From assembly GCF_009914755.1 (NCBI RefSeq), contig NC_060927.1: DNA of 64,000 nucleotides. One strand, 5' to 3'. The notes beneath the pieces were generated by a model. That model was not told where the DNA came from. It ran no database searches and was given only the letters and a program-made list of their open reading frames with translations. Numbering within the stretch: the stretch's first letter is position 1; each line of letters opens with the position of its first letter. The position numbers were made by a program, and so were the translations under genes. This document shows, piece by piece, positions 30,551 through 47,586 of this stretch. The stretch is from the human T2T-CHM13v2.0 reference genome, Homo sapiens.

Positions 30551-31029
30551 TTACCACAATTTTTGAGAAGTTAGAAAACTTCTCCCAAACTATCATCAGC
30601 AAATTCATTTCCCATCAAGAGGTCTGGTTAGCAGTGGAAAGGGACTTTGGTAACATTAGACAGCCAATACACAGCCAAGCACCTTTCAACATTGCTACCC
30701 TACCATTTACCAGCTATGACCTTGGGCAAGTCATTCTGCCTCCCTAAGCTTCACATTCTTCATTTGGAAGAAATTAGGAATAGTGAAACCTACTCCATCT
30801 ACCTCAACAGAGTGCCAAATGCTTCAGAAAGAATCCAGATGAGAGGTCATGAGCTTCTGCCAGAACAAAGACAGTGGTGATCAAGGGAGAGAGTGATAAG
30901 CTCTCAAAGGCAGCCAAGTGGAGAGGAATGCCGACAATGTGGATTAGGCCAAGGAAAAAGTGTTGGAAGATAAGTAAATGACACACAAATGAGTAAACGA
31001 GCATCTACATGCTTTCTCATTGTGCATCA

Positions 31030-31505
<476 letters not shown>

Positions 31506-31509
31506 TCAT

Positions 31510-32500
31510 TACTTGCCAGAGTTGGCTCTCTGCCTCCCAACATCCACTCTCTGCTTCAGTTAACCATACTGGATTTTGGCTGGGCACAAACCGTGTCAGC
31601 TAAAAGACTGGATTTCCTAGCTTCTTTTGCAGTTTGGCAGGTGTATGTGACCAAGGCATGTTCAGTGAGAAATCAGCAGATACATGTGTGACTTTCAGAA
31701 ACTGTTCTTAGGGAGAGACCTCTTCCCTTCATCCTTTCATCTACTCAGACTGAAGACTGAATGGTTGAAGCTCCAGGAGCTATTTTTGTCCTCGAGGTGG
31801 CCTTGCAAATAGAAATCACACAGTAGAACAATAAGAAAGAAGGAACATGGGTCTACAGTTGATGGAACTGCAGCTACCTTCCTCAGGTTGCTTATCTCAG
31901 ATGTCTTTTTGGCCATTGTATTACATGTTTATTATTGCTCTGAGAAATTACCACAAACTTAGTGGCTTAAAACAATAAAATTTTCTTTTTGTCTTGTAGT
32001 TCTATAGTACAGAAGCCTGACAGGGATCTTACTGGGCTAAGATTAATGTATCCGCAGGATGCATTCCTTTCTGGAGGCTATAGGGGAAAATATGTTTCCT
32101 TATTTTTTCCAGCTCCGAAAAACTGCCCACATTCTCAAATGATGGCCTTCTTCTTCTGTCTTCAAAGCTAACAACATAGACCCGATCTTTCTCATGCTAC
32201 CATCACGGTCTCTCTTCTGATTCTCTCTTTCACTTTTAAGGACATTTGAGTTTACACTGGTCCCACCTAGAAAATTCAGGATAATCTCCTTAGGTTAAAG
32301 TCAGTTTATTAACAACCTTAATTCGATCTTCGTCTTTATTTCCCCTTTGCCATGTAACATAACATTTTCACAGGTTCTGGGGATTAGGGCTTATCTGTGA
32401 GGTCACAGTGGTGGAGAACTCTACCTCTATCTTGTCCAAGCCGTTATTTTTCAGGTCTTTGTTGCTCACAGCTGAACCTAATTCTAGCTAGTTCAATAAG
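31510..32500 (+). mobile_element. MLT1J-like LTR interrupted by a second MLT1
   Basis: GATTTTGGCTGGGCAC...ATTTCCTAGCTTCTTTTGCAG...; 3' end CTATCTTGTCCAAGCC...CAGCTGAACCTAATTCTAGC resumes at ~32410. Confidence 0.7.
31917..32400 (-). mobile_element. MLT1D-like LTR nested in the MLT1J-like LTR
   Basis: AATTACCACAAACTTAGTGGCTTAAAACAA...CCCCTTTGCCATGTAACATAACATTTTCACAGGTTCTGGGGATTAGG. Confidence 0.85.
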
Positions 32501-33677
32501 GCATTCCTATAGCAGGCATTTGCTGCATATCTGCTGTTCTATCATGGTGATGCTGGTTATGATCTGATAACACTGGACTGTTCTGACACCCACAATTCTC
32601 CCTAGGCTGTGAGACACCACTTTGCACAGCACCTGCCACATGTCCAGTGTCTACAGTGAACTGATCCATTCACTGCCATAGGAGCAGAAAGAGACTGTCT
32701 ACCCATAAACTAACCACATCTCCTGCTCCCCAATCCCCTCCAGACTTGCCTCAGCACAGAGAAGGCCCAGAGCTGGAAAGGACTTAACCAAATCCTATAG
32801 CAAGTTCACGGCATTGCCAGGACGGGAACCCAGGCCTCTGAATACCACTCCTGCATATCTTTCTTCCTTAAGCCATTATGGGCTTTTCAAGGAAGAATGT
32901 ATTAAACATACTCTCACAGCTGCACGGCCCCAGGAACCCCAGTCACAAACTTTGGTATAGGCTAAAAACCATGTTTACCTTTGTCACAATGATTCTAATA
33001 ATACCAAATGTTTAAAGCATCAGCTGGATTTTCTATATTCTCTTTCCAGCTCTGAAATCTGCATAGTAAAGTTATCTGGTGTGTGGACTACTGGTTTTCC
33101 TGCATCTTTCAGGCTCATACTCTATTTCTCATATTTCTTAAATGAGGATCTTTTAAGGCTTCGTAGTACTTACAGTAACATAGATATAAGGGGACCAAAT
33201 TAAGGCCTCAGGGTGGGGAGTTTATGCATTCTAGTGCCATCTCTGACTTTGCCCTCATCTCGCTCAGTGTTAGCATTTCCATCTTAAAAATGGGGCAACA
33301 GCAAGTGTACCTCAAAATAATTGCAAGGAACAGCTAATAAAACACATTACCACTATGCAAATTGTCATCTAACTACTAGTAATAAAACATTGAGCAACCA
33401 GGAATTTCACTTGTCCCAGTCTTGCTTTGGCTGTAAGTCAGAGTGAAAGTAGGGGAACTAGAACCAGCCCAGGCCACAAAGCCAGGAGGAAGATGCCTGA
33501 TGGGGCAGCCAACCTACTACAGAAGTGTGTTGGAGAGTTAATGGGCTGGGAAGACCTTGGCAAACTCCTCTGCTGAAACCTCTTGCTCTGATTTTTCTTC
33601 AAGATCTGATTTCCCAAGCTCTCTTTGACAACTGTTTCTGAGTTACACTCCTCAGATAGTTGGAAAGGCCTCCTTAA

Positions 33678-33980
<303 letters not shown>

Positions 33981-34926
33981 TCAATTTAAGTCAGTTTGCT
34001 TTGGCTCTGTCTTCAGTGGAAATGGAAATATTCTATTCATACACATGCCAGCCTACGCCAACACCTCCACACTCCCACCCATACAGCAATCACCTTTCTT
34101 ATGTCTGATTTCCAGTATTAGATGTTCCATAGCATTTCCCAATGCTCAATGCCTTTCTTCATAAATGTAGTGTTTGTCATTGCTGTTGTTTCATCTAAGA
34201 GTTTTATAGTAAGTTAAAATGCAGAATTTTAAAGCTGAATAAAATCTTTGAGATCATTCTCCAAACATCTAGATCTTGTACCTGAGAAGACTGAGGCTCC
34301 AATATATCTGGTCTTGTTAGGTGACAGAGCTATCGTGTTAAGACAAAGAACAGTAAACAAGACCTAAGGAATTTTGATAATAAGATATTATTATCTTATC
34401 AGTATCAGAATAATACTGAACTTATGCTAATTTCTAATTTTTCATTCTCCACATAATATCGCCTGATATTTGTATGGTACACTGATATTTATTTTGAGCA
34501 TAAGCAGTCATCCTGCTTCTTGTATAATAGCTGTTTACTGTTCTTCTGTCAGATACATCATTTTTCCTCAATTAAGCATAATCCTTCACATTCACATCAA
34601 CTTCCCTAACTGAAGGGGTCATACTGAATTCTAATTCTACCTCATTTCATCTAACATTTATGAAGCAGCTCCTCCAAACCAGGCATCATCACATAAATAC
34701 CTCATTTGAACCTCAAAACAGCTTTATGTTGAGGATATTATTATCTTTATCTTAGAGATGAAATAAAATGAGGCACAGGGCAGCCAAGCAGCCAACCCAA
34801 GATTGTTCACCTGCTGAGATCTAAGTCTTCTGTGCTCAAGACAGCGTATCACCTCTCATGTAGTATCAGCTATCCACTAATTTTCTTACAGCAGTAAGTC
34901 AAGGAATGATACTCCTTTTCCAATAT

Positions 34927-35376
<450 letters not shown>

Positions 35377-36086
35377 CAGAATGTAATATACTCTTCAAGT
35401 TGAAAGTGAATGATAACTTCAGTGCTCCCTAAAATGTAGGTTAATGAGAAGAAAGTATGAAATTTCCTTTCAATATATGGCCACAGATAGGTAAGCAAAG
35501 CAGAAAATGATGAGGGTAAATGGTAGAGCATGCCCAGAGTCTGAATAAAGAGGCTGTCACTTCTAATGGGGATCAGGAAGGGTGTCTTGGAAAAGTGACA
35601 TGCCACCCAGGTTTCTATGGTTGGTAGAATTCAAAAAGGAAGATGTTGGGGGAGAGGCATTTGAGCCAGAGGTTAAAAGCAGAGACCCAGAAGGAGGAAG
35701 AGTTTGGGGAAAGGGGTAAAATGAGAAATACCTGCAGGAACTGGGAACAATTAACTGGAAAAAAAGATAATCCTGGGTTTCCATGTGTCTGAAGGGTGGT
35801 CAAATTAAAGGTAGATAAGTCTTGCTCTGTGAAGTTAAGATTCCAAAAGGTCAGTTCATTGGACATAAAGCCATAGAGTCAATTAGTGGCAAAGAACCAG
35901 GACCATGGCAAAGAACTAGGCACATCTTTTCTAGCAACTAGACCTGCTCAGTAATAGCAAAGGCTTTCCCTTGGGGAGCTGAGGAACTCATCAGGGAAAA
36001 TATCAAGGTAGAGGCCAGGAGACCCTGAGCCCCATGAGCTGGGTTATAAAAGGTATTTCTGCACTCTGTGGGGTGGGCTTAGATAA

Positions 36087-36432
<346 letters not shown>

Positions 36433-36442
36433 CCATTTCTGA

Positions 36443-36749
<307 letters not shown>

Positions 36750-37098
36750 CCATTTCTGAATTTCTAAGATTCCAAAAGTTGAAGGAGGCAGATTGTGGCT
36801 CCACCCAAGAAGGAACCTTTCAAACCTGTGAGGGAGACTGGAGCTCTTGGAGGACTGGGGCTCTACGCCAAGGATGCTCAGCCTCTGCGTGGAGAGGACA
36901 ATTTTCAAGGCATCTTCCAACCCTGAGATTTCAGTGATTTGTGTTAAACTAGACCTGGGAAGGGTGTTTTTGTAACTTATATTTTTTTATTCCCTAAAAC
37001 GTTCTTCAGAAAAAGCCTTATCTTCCTTCCAATATTTCATTAGCGTTCACTTTCCTGTGTTTCTCTGATTGTTGCCCTCCAGGTAAATTTTGTGCTAA

Positions 37099-37425
<327 letters not shown>

Positions 37426-38339
37426 TGCCTTGGTTGTATTTGGATTGAATGTACTCTGCGCGTATGTCTATTCAGTGCTCCAAACAGGGCTAAGTGTTTA
37501 AATAATCATACATAGTCACTCACATTCTTGGAGTTTTATTATAGCCTTATTACGTATCCATGTTTAATAGTTTAATAGTTTAGTAATTATTTAATAATTG
37601 TGTAAGCCTATGATATAGATAGTAGCATCACTACTTGGAGAATGAGGAGGGCAGGGATACAGTGAGCCCAAGGCTGGCTCCAGTGTGCCTCACACCCCAC
37701 CGTCAGCCTCCCAGGGTGACTCGGCACTGCAGCATTGCCACAGTTTTCTGAGGAAGAAGCTAAGACACCCAACAGGCAGAGGATTGGGGCTAAGGTTATA
37801 GAGTCTAGGTGTAACAAGGCCATATCAGCTTTGAATATGTGTCTACAAAATCTTTATTTTTAAAAACCACCTTCAGCCACCCCCAGTCACTCATCTAGAA
37901 AGGCCTGGAAGACACAAAATGACTTGCCTATGTTCCTCATGATGCTGACCGAGTCCCCAATATGTCACTCTGAGAACTACAATAGATTTCTTACTATTAA
38001 TAAAAAGTCAAAATATGAAAACCAAAATTCATTTCTCAAGAATATTATTACTTCTATATGGCTGTATGCTCCCCACCTGCAGATCACACTTTGCTGGATT
38101 ATTAAATATTGGCATCATCTTCCCAAGCACCTACTTTATAATCCTTTGTCCTTCAAATGAATACTGGGTAAGATTCTCCAGTAAAAATTATAAGGGAGTT
38201 CCATTACCATTAAAGTAACTAAAAATCAAAACAAACTAATTCTACCCTTCTAGTTGCTTCTCTGAGATTTCCCAGGCTTCTGTGTTTCTGTGAAATGGCT
38301 TACCTCCATGCCCTAAAAATAACCCAAATTTCCCACTTA

Positions 38340-38660
38340 CAAGCCTTTATTCACATCACTCTCTCAGCCTGGAATGCCCCCTCTCCCCATTCCCTGTTCG
38401 TCAAAGCCTTACTCATATTTTAAGGACCAGTTCACATGTCGCCCTGTATGAAGCCTTTCCTAATCCTCGCAGTTGGGATTAATCTCTTCTTTCTCCAGCC
38501 CTCATTTCATTATGTCTTGTTAAATGGATTTTTTTAAATTACTTGCCTTTCTCCTACACTAGACTGTGACTTCTTGAAGACCCAAATCAGGTGGAATTCA
38601 CATGGACCAGGTGCAGAGGCTCACAGTATGCACTTGACATATGTTTATTGAATGAATAAA
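38340..38660 (+). mobile_element. L2 3' end
   Basis: GCCTGGAATGCCCCC...ACTAGACTGTGACTTCTTGAAG...TGTTTATTGAATGAATAAA. Confidence 0.75.
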
Positions 38661-40870
38661 ATTAACGTCAAATGTCATGCCCTATTTTTCCTTGTCTTAT
38701 CAGACATTCAAAGATATTCAACTTCTCAAGTGTCTTCCTGCTTACAATCTGTACCTTCTTTCCTACAAATATTCCATAAAGGGTGAACAAGCTGCTACTG
38801 TTATGAAACATTTGCAACGGATTTCTAGAAATGGTGCACAGTTCACCTGTTCAATTAAATCATAAGGATTTCCTTTCTTTCTTTTAATTATAATCCAGAA
38901 TATTCTTTCTTCTTTTTGTTAAGCACTGAAACAAATGTTCACAAATCAGAAATCACTGAATATCAGAGCCAGAAGAAAAAATCTAGCAATCCAACCCCTC
39001 TCCTTTTATTAAGCAACAGGGAAACTGAGTCTTAGAAAGAGGAGGTTACCTGTTCACAGTCAAATAGCAAGTTCCTAGCATGCTGAGACAAGGTTGTGAT
39101 CTCCTATCTTTCAGGCCGAAGCTCTTTCCAATCCTGGTAATTCGTTAGAGGGTTTAACTTCCAAAGCAATGTTTGACCCAACACTCCACTTCCCACTGTG
39201 AATTCTGCTTCTTCATTTGAGAACTGCAAATCTCAGCTTTCTGATGCATCCTCAGTCACCTGTTGTTCCCAGCCCTCCGTGAGCAGGTCTGGCCAGTCCC
39301 AACATCCTGCTGCCCCTTGCTCTTTGCAAGTGCCTGATGTGGACATGGCCCGCTTCCAGCCTCCAGAACCATGTTTCTGCTCTTCTGTTACTAGGGAAGA
39401 TCCAGTAAATTTCAGCTCTTCTTTCACCATTATTTATTCATTAAAACAAACTTATGAGGTACGTAGCTGTATTGTCCCCATGTCCCAGAGGTACAAACAG
39501 GCTAAGTCACTTGCTCGAAGCCACATGGCTTAAAAGTGGCCGACCTGGCAAAATATGTCAGAAGGACAGGAAATGGGAGATGAGCCCAGGTCTTCTGTCC
39601 CCAGGTGGCCCCTGCTCTTTACATTCATTTCAATCTCTCAGCAGGTGACATCACTAGTTTCCAAACTTTTTTTTTTTCTCAAGTACATTTGGGGAAATTA
39701 GTTTTTATCCCAGAGAGACACTTCCTGGGGGCAATTAAATATTAGTGGATTGGGTCTTCTTGTTTGATAAAATTTTGCCTTCTAAAAATGGCAAACAGAG
39801 TCATGATTTTTTTTTTCAAGATCACATTTCCTCACTAGAAAAATTCACCTTGGGGTAGAGTACTCGGTGGAGAATTCCAGTGAGAAAGGAAAATTTCTCA
39901 AAGAGCGGTGAGCAATCACAAAGAAGAACTTTGAAGTAGACAGGAAAAGTATTTGGTACCCTCTAGTATTTGTTACTACAAATGCTGGGCCTTGCAGAGA
40001 TAAGAATTTCCTAACAAATGAGGGTGTTAGTCAGACTTAAGAGGGATTTTGCACTGTCTTTGGGTATAGACTTTCACAAAGAAAGTTGTGTTCTGAGACG
40101 GGCAAAAAAGCTGAAAGAGAGTAAGTCATCCTCGCATTGCGGCTATATGCACAAGCTCTTAGAGGGTGGACATTCGTTCTTCAGTTGATGAATACTTGCA
40201 GCCCTGAGTTGGAGAATTCAGGAGGAAAGGAAGGAAGATGAGAAAAAAGGAAAGGAGAGAGCAAAAGTGGAAGGGAGGAAAGAAGGAGAAGAAAATTGCT
40301 AAACACTGTTTATCCCCTCACCTCATTAAAAAATTCACTACTATAAAGTTACATTCTATTTTCCACCCATAATACTAACTCTGGGCTCAAGCGCACAAAT
40401 ACACACATGAAAATAATTCAGGGAGGAATTAGCATGTAGAATTACCTGGAATAATGTTTAGTGTGTTCGTTTAGCGGTGTGAGTTGCAGCTTATAAAACA
40501 CCTCTGTTATGCTGCGTGCTTGGAGGATTCTTTGCATCCACAGTCACAGCAGTGCTGCACACTCTCTTGAGGCCAGGCTCACAGAGAAGGTGGCACTGTG
40601 GCATAGAGGGACAGATTTGGCCCCCTGTGAGCTCAGCTCCAGCCTCCCTGCATCCCAAAGCAGAGGGTATTTTCCCTAGTGGAAGAGACAGAAGGAACAG
40701 GTCCTCAGTGGAAAAGAGGAGATGAAACGTGTCAGCAGTAGGAACATCACACTGAGAGACAAGGGACGGGGCTACAGTCTTGGCCATGCCATCTCTCATT
40801 TAGTGATCTTAGTTAATCACTCCTTTTCTCAGGAAAATGAAGGGGTGTGGCCAGATGGGGCATGGCCTGA

Positions 40871-41263
<393 letters not shown>

Positions 41264-42528
41264 TAATGTGGCCAGGTTGGGCCAAATGACCTCTAAGTGG
41301 TCTTTGAGTTGGCTCTAAGCTCTAGAAATCTGTAATTCTACGACTAAATCAAGGCTCACTAAACACATGTAAAAGGAGAAAGGCTGCGGTTCCCCAAAGC
41401 ATACAGGATATCAGGTTGCTCCCAATGTGCTAGCTAAGGCTAAAGTATGAGGTTCTCCAGTGCAGGTCACAGGGCAAACAGGTGAAGCTCTCAGTCACTT
41501 GGGTGCAGAGTGGCAGCTTCCCACACCTGAGGCCATTCTATCCCACTACTCCTGCCTTCAGCCCTGCTGTTTCAGCAGCCCTAATCATCAGAAGGTTGCA
41601 TGGGCCCAGGTTGCACAACTCAGGGTCCCTTCTAAGACCTCTGAAGTCACCCACCCCAAATTCTTCCCCATCCATTCCTAGTACATAGTTTTCCAAAATC
41701 TCCCTATAGGTAGCCTGTTTCATCTTTCGGGGACTTTGATGATTAAGAAATATTTTGGGTCAAGGTGTGGGCCAAGGTATGTCTCCCTGTAACTTTTACC
41801 ATTGGTCAAGTTCTGTCCTCTGAGGCCTCCTGTGACAAGTCTGCCCTCTCTTCCCTGTGGAAACCCACCAGGCCTTCGGTGACAACAGGCAAGGCCTTAT
41901 GAAGTCTTCTTCTGGGTAAGGAACTCTGTTTTTTCTGATGGCATGGTTTTCGGCTATCTTACTCTCCTGGCCTGTAAATTCTCCACATTGCCAAACACGA
42001 CATGAGACTTGGGGGATAAAAGATGTAGGTTTGAGTAGTGTGTCCACCAATGGGCTCTATTGCATAACACAGCTAAATTGAAGTTTTTATTTAGGGCGGA
42101 TAAAATGTTGAATATAAACTTATAAATAATGAAGTGCTGCATAAAGGATTGTTATTACTACTACAGCTACTCTATATTGCTACTAAAAATAACAATTACC
42201 CCTACTAAATCAAGAACACAATGCAGCTGTCTTCTGAAACTACAGAATAGGAAAGAGAGCTGTCTTTTGCTTCGTCATTATATTCCTATGCCTTCAGCCT
42301 AACACCACTGTCGCTGTTTTGGTAAGCTGTATCTCAGAGTTGGCTCAGCCAGAGCTTACAGGCAACCAAATATTGAAGCTGCAGTTGTATTACACATGCT
42401 GCTGTCGGCCTAGGTTTTCCCAGTTCTTGTTATTGTAAAGTTAAGGGATTTACATTTGTCTCTGACATTTCATCATGTTTGTTTCACCCTGTTCAGATAC
42501 TTTTGGACTATGATTCAGCCATGAAAAA

Positions 42529-42690
42529 CAGTGCTTTCCAATTTTGGCTTCATGTCAGAATCATCTTGGAAAATTTTCTTAGCATAAATATTCCTCCTGA
42601 ACCCTAGTCTCAAGATTTTAATTAATTTATTGTAGGGTGGGACTCAGGAAGCCATACCTAAAACAAGCATTTTAGGTGGTTCTTATCAGT
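42529..42690. mobile_element. MER5-like hAT-Charlie fossil
   Basis: CAGTGCTTTCCAA...TCAGAATCATCTTGG...GGGTGGGACTCAGGAA...AACAAGC..AGGTGGTTCT. Confidence 0.6.
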
Positions 42691-44478
42691 GAAAGCATGA
42701 GGTTCCATCAGCCTGCATTTGGAAATCCAGCGTATACCACAGCCTACTCTGCTCAGTGTCACCTGAGCACTGGATAAACATGGCTTTTCTTTTAGGAAAT
42801 CTTCTAAAGGGTAAGAAAATATCTACATCAAAGGTCAGGTGAAGACTGTCACAATGTTTGCATTCTGTTAATGTTGTACTTTCACAAGTCATTTCCTTCC
42901 TCATTCTCTAAAACAACGTAGATACAGCAACCTACAGATGAGCAGGACATAGACACAATGCTCCCATATGCCACTTTCTTTCCCACCAGGCAAGGTCGTG
43001 CCTTCTCATATCAGAAGTGTGCAATCCGGCCAAAAAGAGCATCCAGACTTAGAGTCCAGAGAAATTGACTGAGTAGGCATGTAAGTTGAAACCAATTTAC
43101 CATTCCCTATTTTACCAACATTTCATCATTTCATTTTACTGGGAAGCCCCAGAGAGGTGCATTTACTTGCCAAGTTCACACAGTTTCGTCTAAAGTGATA
43201 CGGGAAGATTCTTTCTGGACTTGAAGGAGCCCTATGTCTTCTTTACTGACTTTGATGATTCATTCATTCAGCACACACATACAGAGAATTCTCTGTGTAC
43301 TAGGGAAGCATTATGTGTGGGATGGAGTAGAAAGAAATGAGACATAGTCCTTTTTCCTTTATCTCATTCTTGAAGTCCAGTAAGACAAGACCTATACAAA
43401 AATAACTGCCCAAGGTGGGCAAGAATGAATGCCATAAAAGGTCAAGAAAAGGAAGAATCACATTTTCTTCCTTCTAAGGAAAAGAGTTCTTTTGATCTTT
43501 CAGTTAAAAAAAAACAAAACACTAATTTCTCATTAAAAAATATGCTGCATTAAATCCATAATTATGTCCATGTGATCCCTTCAATGTCATCTCCTACATG
43601 GTACAGACCCTGCCATTTTTTAAATTATTTCAATAACACTTAGCATAATACAATGCACACCAAGGACTCACCTCTACCTTCAGTCTAAATCTTTTTATTC
43701 TTAAGTCCTGGGCATTAGCACAATTTTGTTACTAAAGACCTTTGAAAATGTCTTAGCTCTGTGACTACTGAATTTCTTCATATGGATCTACTTTAAAAGG
43801 CTTTCCCCACATTACTAAGGCTGTGGTCTAGTTCTTATATACCACTTGAACAAGAGCCTTCTTGTTACATAAATCCAGAGATCATTCCTCTAAGCCCCTG
43901 ACTCATTGTTCTCACAGCTAGGCATTTCTGAAAACAAGATGCCATTTTGTTTCTAGGGTCAGAGCTCAAATCTTTATTGCCTCTGGTGAGATGATATTCT
44001 GTTCGCTTTCCTCCATTTAAGTATATAACATACCCTAAAGTATGTGCTAATTAATACATCTGTTTGTCTTACAAAGCAGTCGAAAAGCATGTATTTAAAC
44101 TGTGATTCACATTTTCCCTTTCAGCCCGTCTGCAGATTTTTGTGCATGAGGAGCCTGATTACATTACTATTTTAAAAAGCCAATTAAAAAGTTCACTAAG
44201 TGACACTGGTGTGTTTTAGTGCAGGTAATAGAAGCATAAAGCTCTATGTGGCATTAACAAGCTGAAAGATACAACTGGATTTGATGGCAGAATTCATTTC
44301 TTCATCTTTCCAAAACAGTCTTCTGGAAAACAACTATGTATCTGTCCCAGAGGCAGGCCATGGGCACGTAGTCTGCACAGGCACTTTTAGGTTACAAAAC
44401 AGTGAGCCATCTGTGGATGCACTCAGAGGGTTCACTGGCAAAGTCTTTATGGCTACTCCTTTAGAAAAAGAAGGGCTG

Positions 44479-44867
<389 letters not shown>

Positions 44868-45000
44868 TTAAAGCAGATCAGAGCACTAACACATGGGCCA
44901 GATTGTTCCTGATACATGACATTGACTATAGATCCTGTCTCCTACCCCAGCTCATGCTTTTAGTCTCCTAAGTCCGTTCTAAGATCATCACTTCACTATA

Positions 45001-45360
45001 CAGATGCTCCTTGACTTACAATGGGTTTACATCCTGATAAACCCATCATAAGTTGAAAATGTCCTATGTCAAAAATGCATTTAATACATCAAACCCACCG
45101 AACATCTCAGGATAGTCTAGCCTACCTTAAGCACACTGATTACACTGACATCAGCATACAGTTTGGCAAAATCATCTGGCAACACTGCACACCATAAAGT
45201 ATGAGTTTTTTTAGCTTCGTGATTGGGTGGCTGACTGGGAGCTGGGGCTGGTTGCCTCTGCTCAGCATCGCAAGTGTATCCTAACACTTTCTACTGAATG
45301 TATATCACTTTTGTATCATTTTAAGTCAAAAAATTGTAAGTCAAGCCATAATTAAGTCCC
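45001..45360 (+). mobile_element. MER47B/Tigger5-type TcMar-Tigger fossil
   Basis: TA|CAGATGCTCCTTGACTTACAATGGG...GATAAACCCATCATAAGTTGAAAAT...GGCTGACTGGGAGCTG...TTCTACTGAATG. Confidence 0.85.
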
Positions 45361-45454
45361 TTTTCACATGAGATAACCACAGTCTGTTCCTGTTGCTTGT
45401 GGCCAACAATCCTGATTGGTTCTAAAAAAAAGATGATTCCTCTATTAGAAAGCT

Positions 45455-45756
<302 letters not shown>

Positions 45757-47264
45757 TTACTCACTTATGGAGAGACAACTATCTTGATATAACTTTCTAA
45801 CTACTTGCTGTCTGAAAATGAAACAGGTTGCTGCACACAAGCAATAAATTCCTGGTTGCTTGAAAAGTTTAAATAAAGAAGGAACAACCATTTGAGAGGA
45901 ATGCTCTGGAAGGGATTCCTGGACTTGGCAGGAGAATAGACCAGAATCTAATCAAAAGGTTTAGTAAAAATGCTTTCCAAGTGCTAGATACCAATGGTCT
46001 TTGTCCAGCTACCCTCTCAGATGGCTGTGAATCACTGAAGACTCAGACTAAGCACCAGTTGGACGGGCTGAGATCAGCCTCTGTCTTTGGTCTTCTTGAG
46101 ACTCAGTTCTTAAATCTAAACCAATTATCTGATTGTGAGAGACAGCAAGCCCCATTCTCAGTGGTGGGTGACCCATCTCCCCGTAGCCATTTTTGTCCAA
46201 TTTTAGATGTTTTCCAATTGGTTCTTTGCACATTGTCAAGCAATACCTTTCTGCATAAAGAGCAAGATATATTTCATTCCTGGGGTTGGAATCTTGAATC
46301 AGTTAATCCACAAAGTAGCTAATTTACAGACACGTAGTCCCCAAGATAGACTAGACTAGTCCAACATGATGTATGAGGTAGAAAGAGAGTCCAAAAGACA
46401 CATTTTCTTATCCAGCTCTAAAGGACTGAAGTCTGTTAATCAACGAATAAAGTTATATGGCCATGCAAGGGGCACCTTATTAGTTTCTTTAGCCTTCTGT
46501 AAGCCCAACTGCTTCCTTTTAGAGCTGAGAAACCAGAGGCCTGGAAAGACTGTGTGTTGACCGACCTCACACTCTGAGTTGGGGTGTGCACAAGAATGAA
46601 ATCTTGTGACGCTGAGCTCTTTCCAGCTGTCTCCTATCACATTCCCTGTCACCTCCAGCCCCACCTGGCAGGCTGCTATCTTTTCAGCAAAGGCTGAGCG
46701 AGGCTCTGCTCGCACCCCCTGTGAGAGGTGTCTGTGATGCTCATGTGTGGGGGAAGCTCTTACAGCAGTTTCTGCTTATGCCAAAAACACCCTGGGAATA
46801 AATAAACGTCCCCGTTCCAACACCTTCTTCTCGTACCAAGTATGCACGTGAAAAAAAGAAAAGAAAAAGATTAAAAATAAAACTCACAGAGACAGGAATT
46901 CTCTGCTATTGAGAGAAATTCCTTAACACACATTACTCAGGTAATGATTTCTTTGACTCCATGGAAAATTTTTAGAGCTAGAAATAGGGCCTAAGAAAGC
47001 AAGTGATCCAAATCCTTTTATTTACAAGTGGGCAAACTGGACATCAGAGTGAAGTGAGTTTGGTCAACCCAGTGAATTTTTTGCTGAATCAGAACACTGT
47101 TTCTTTTACAGGGGCTTTCTTGAGGTGGTGAGGGTTTGCATGAATGACATAGATTAAGTGACTAAAGAATACTAATGCATCATTCTTTTGAATTCCAGTA
47201 AAGAAAATGAGCTGCTTTCATTAAAGCCTTTCTTTGAGGTCGCTGGGTGAAAGGTGGGGGCTTA

Positions 47265-47586
<322 letters not shown>

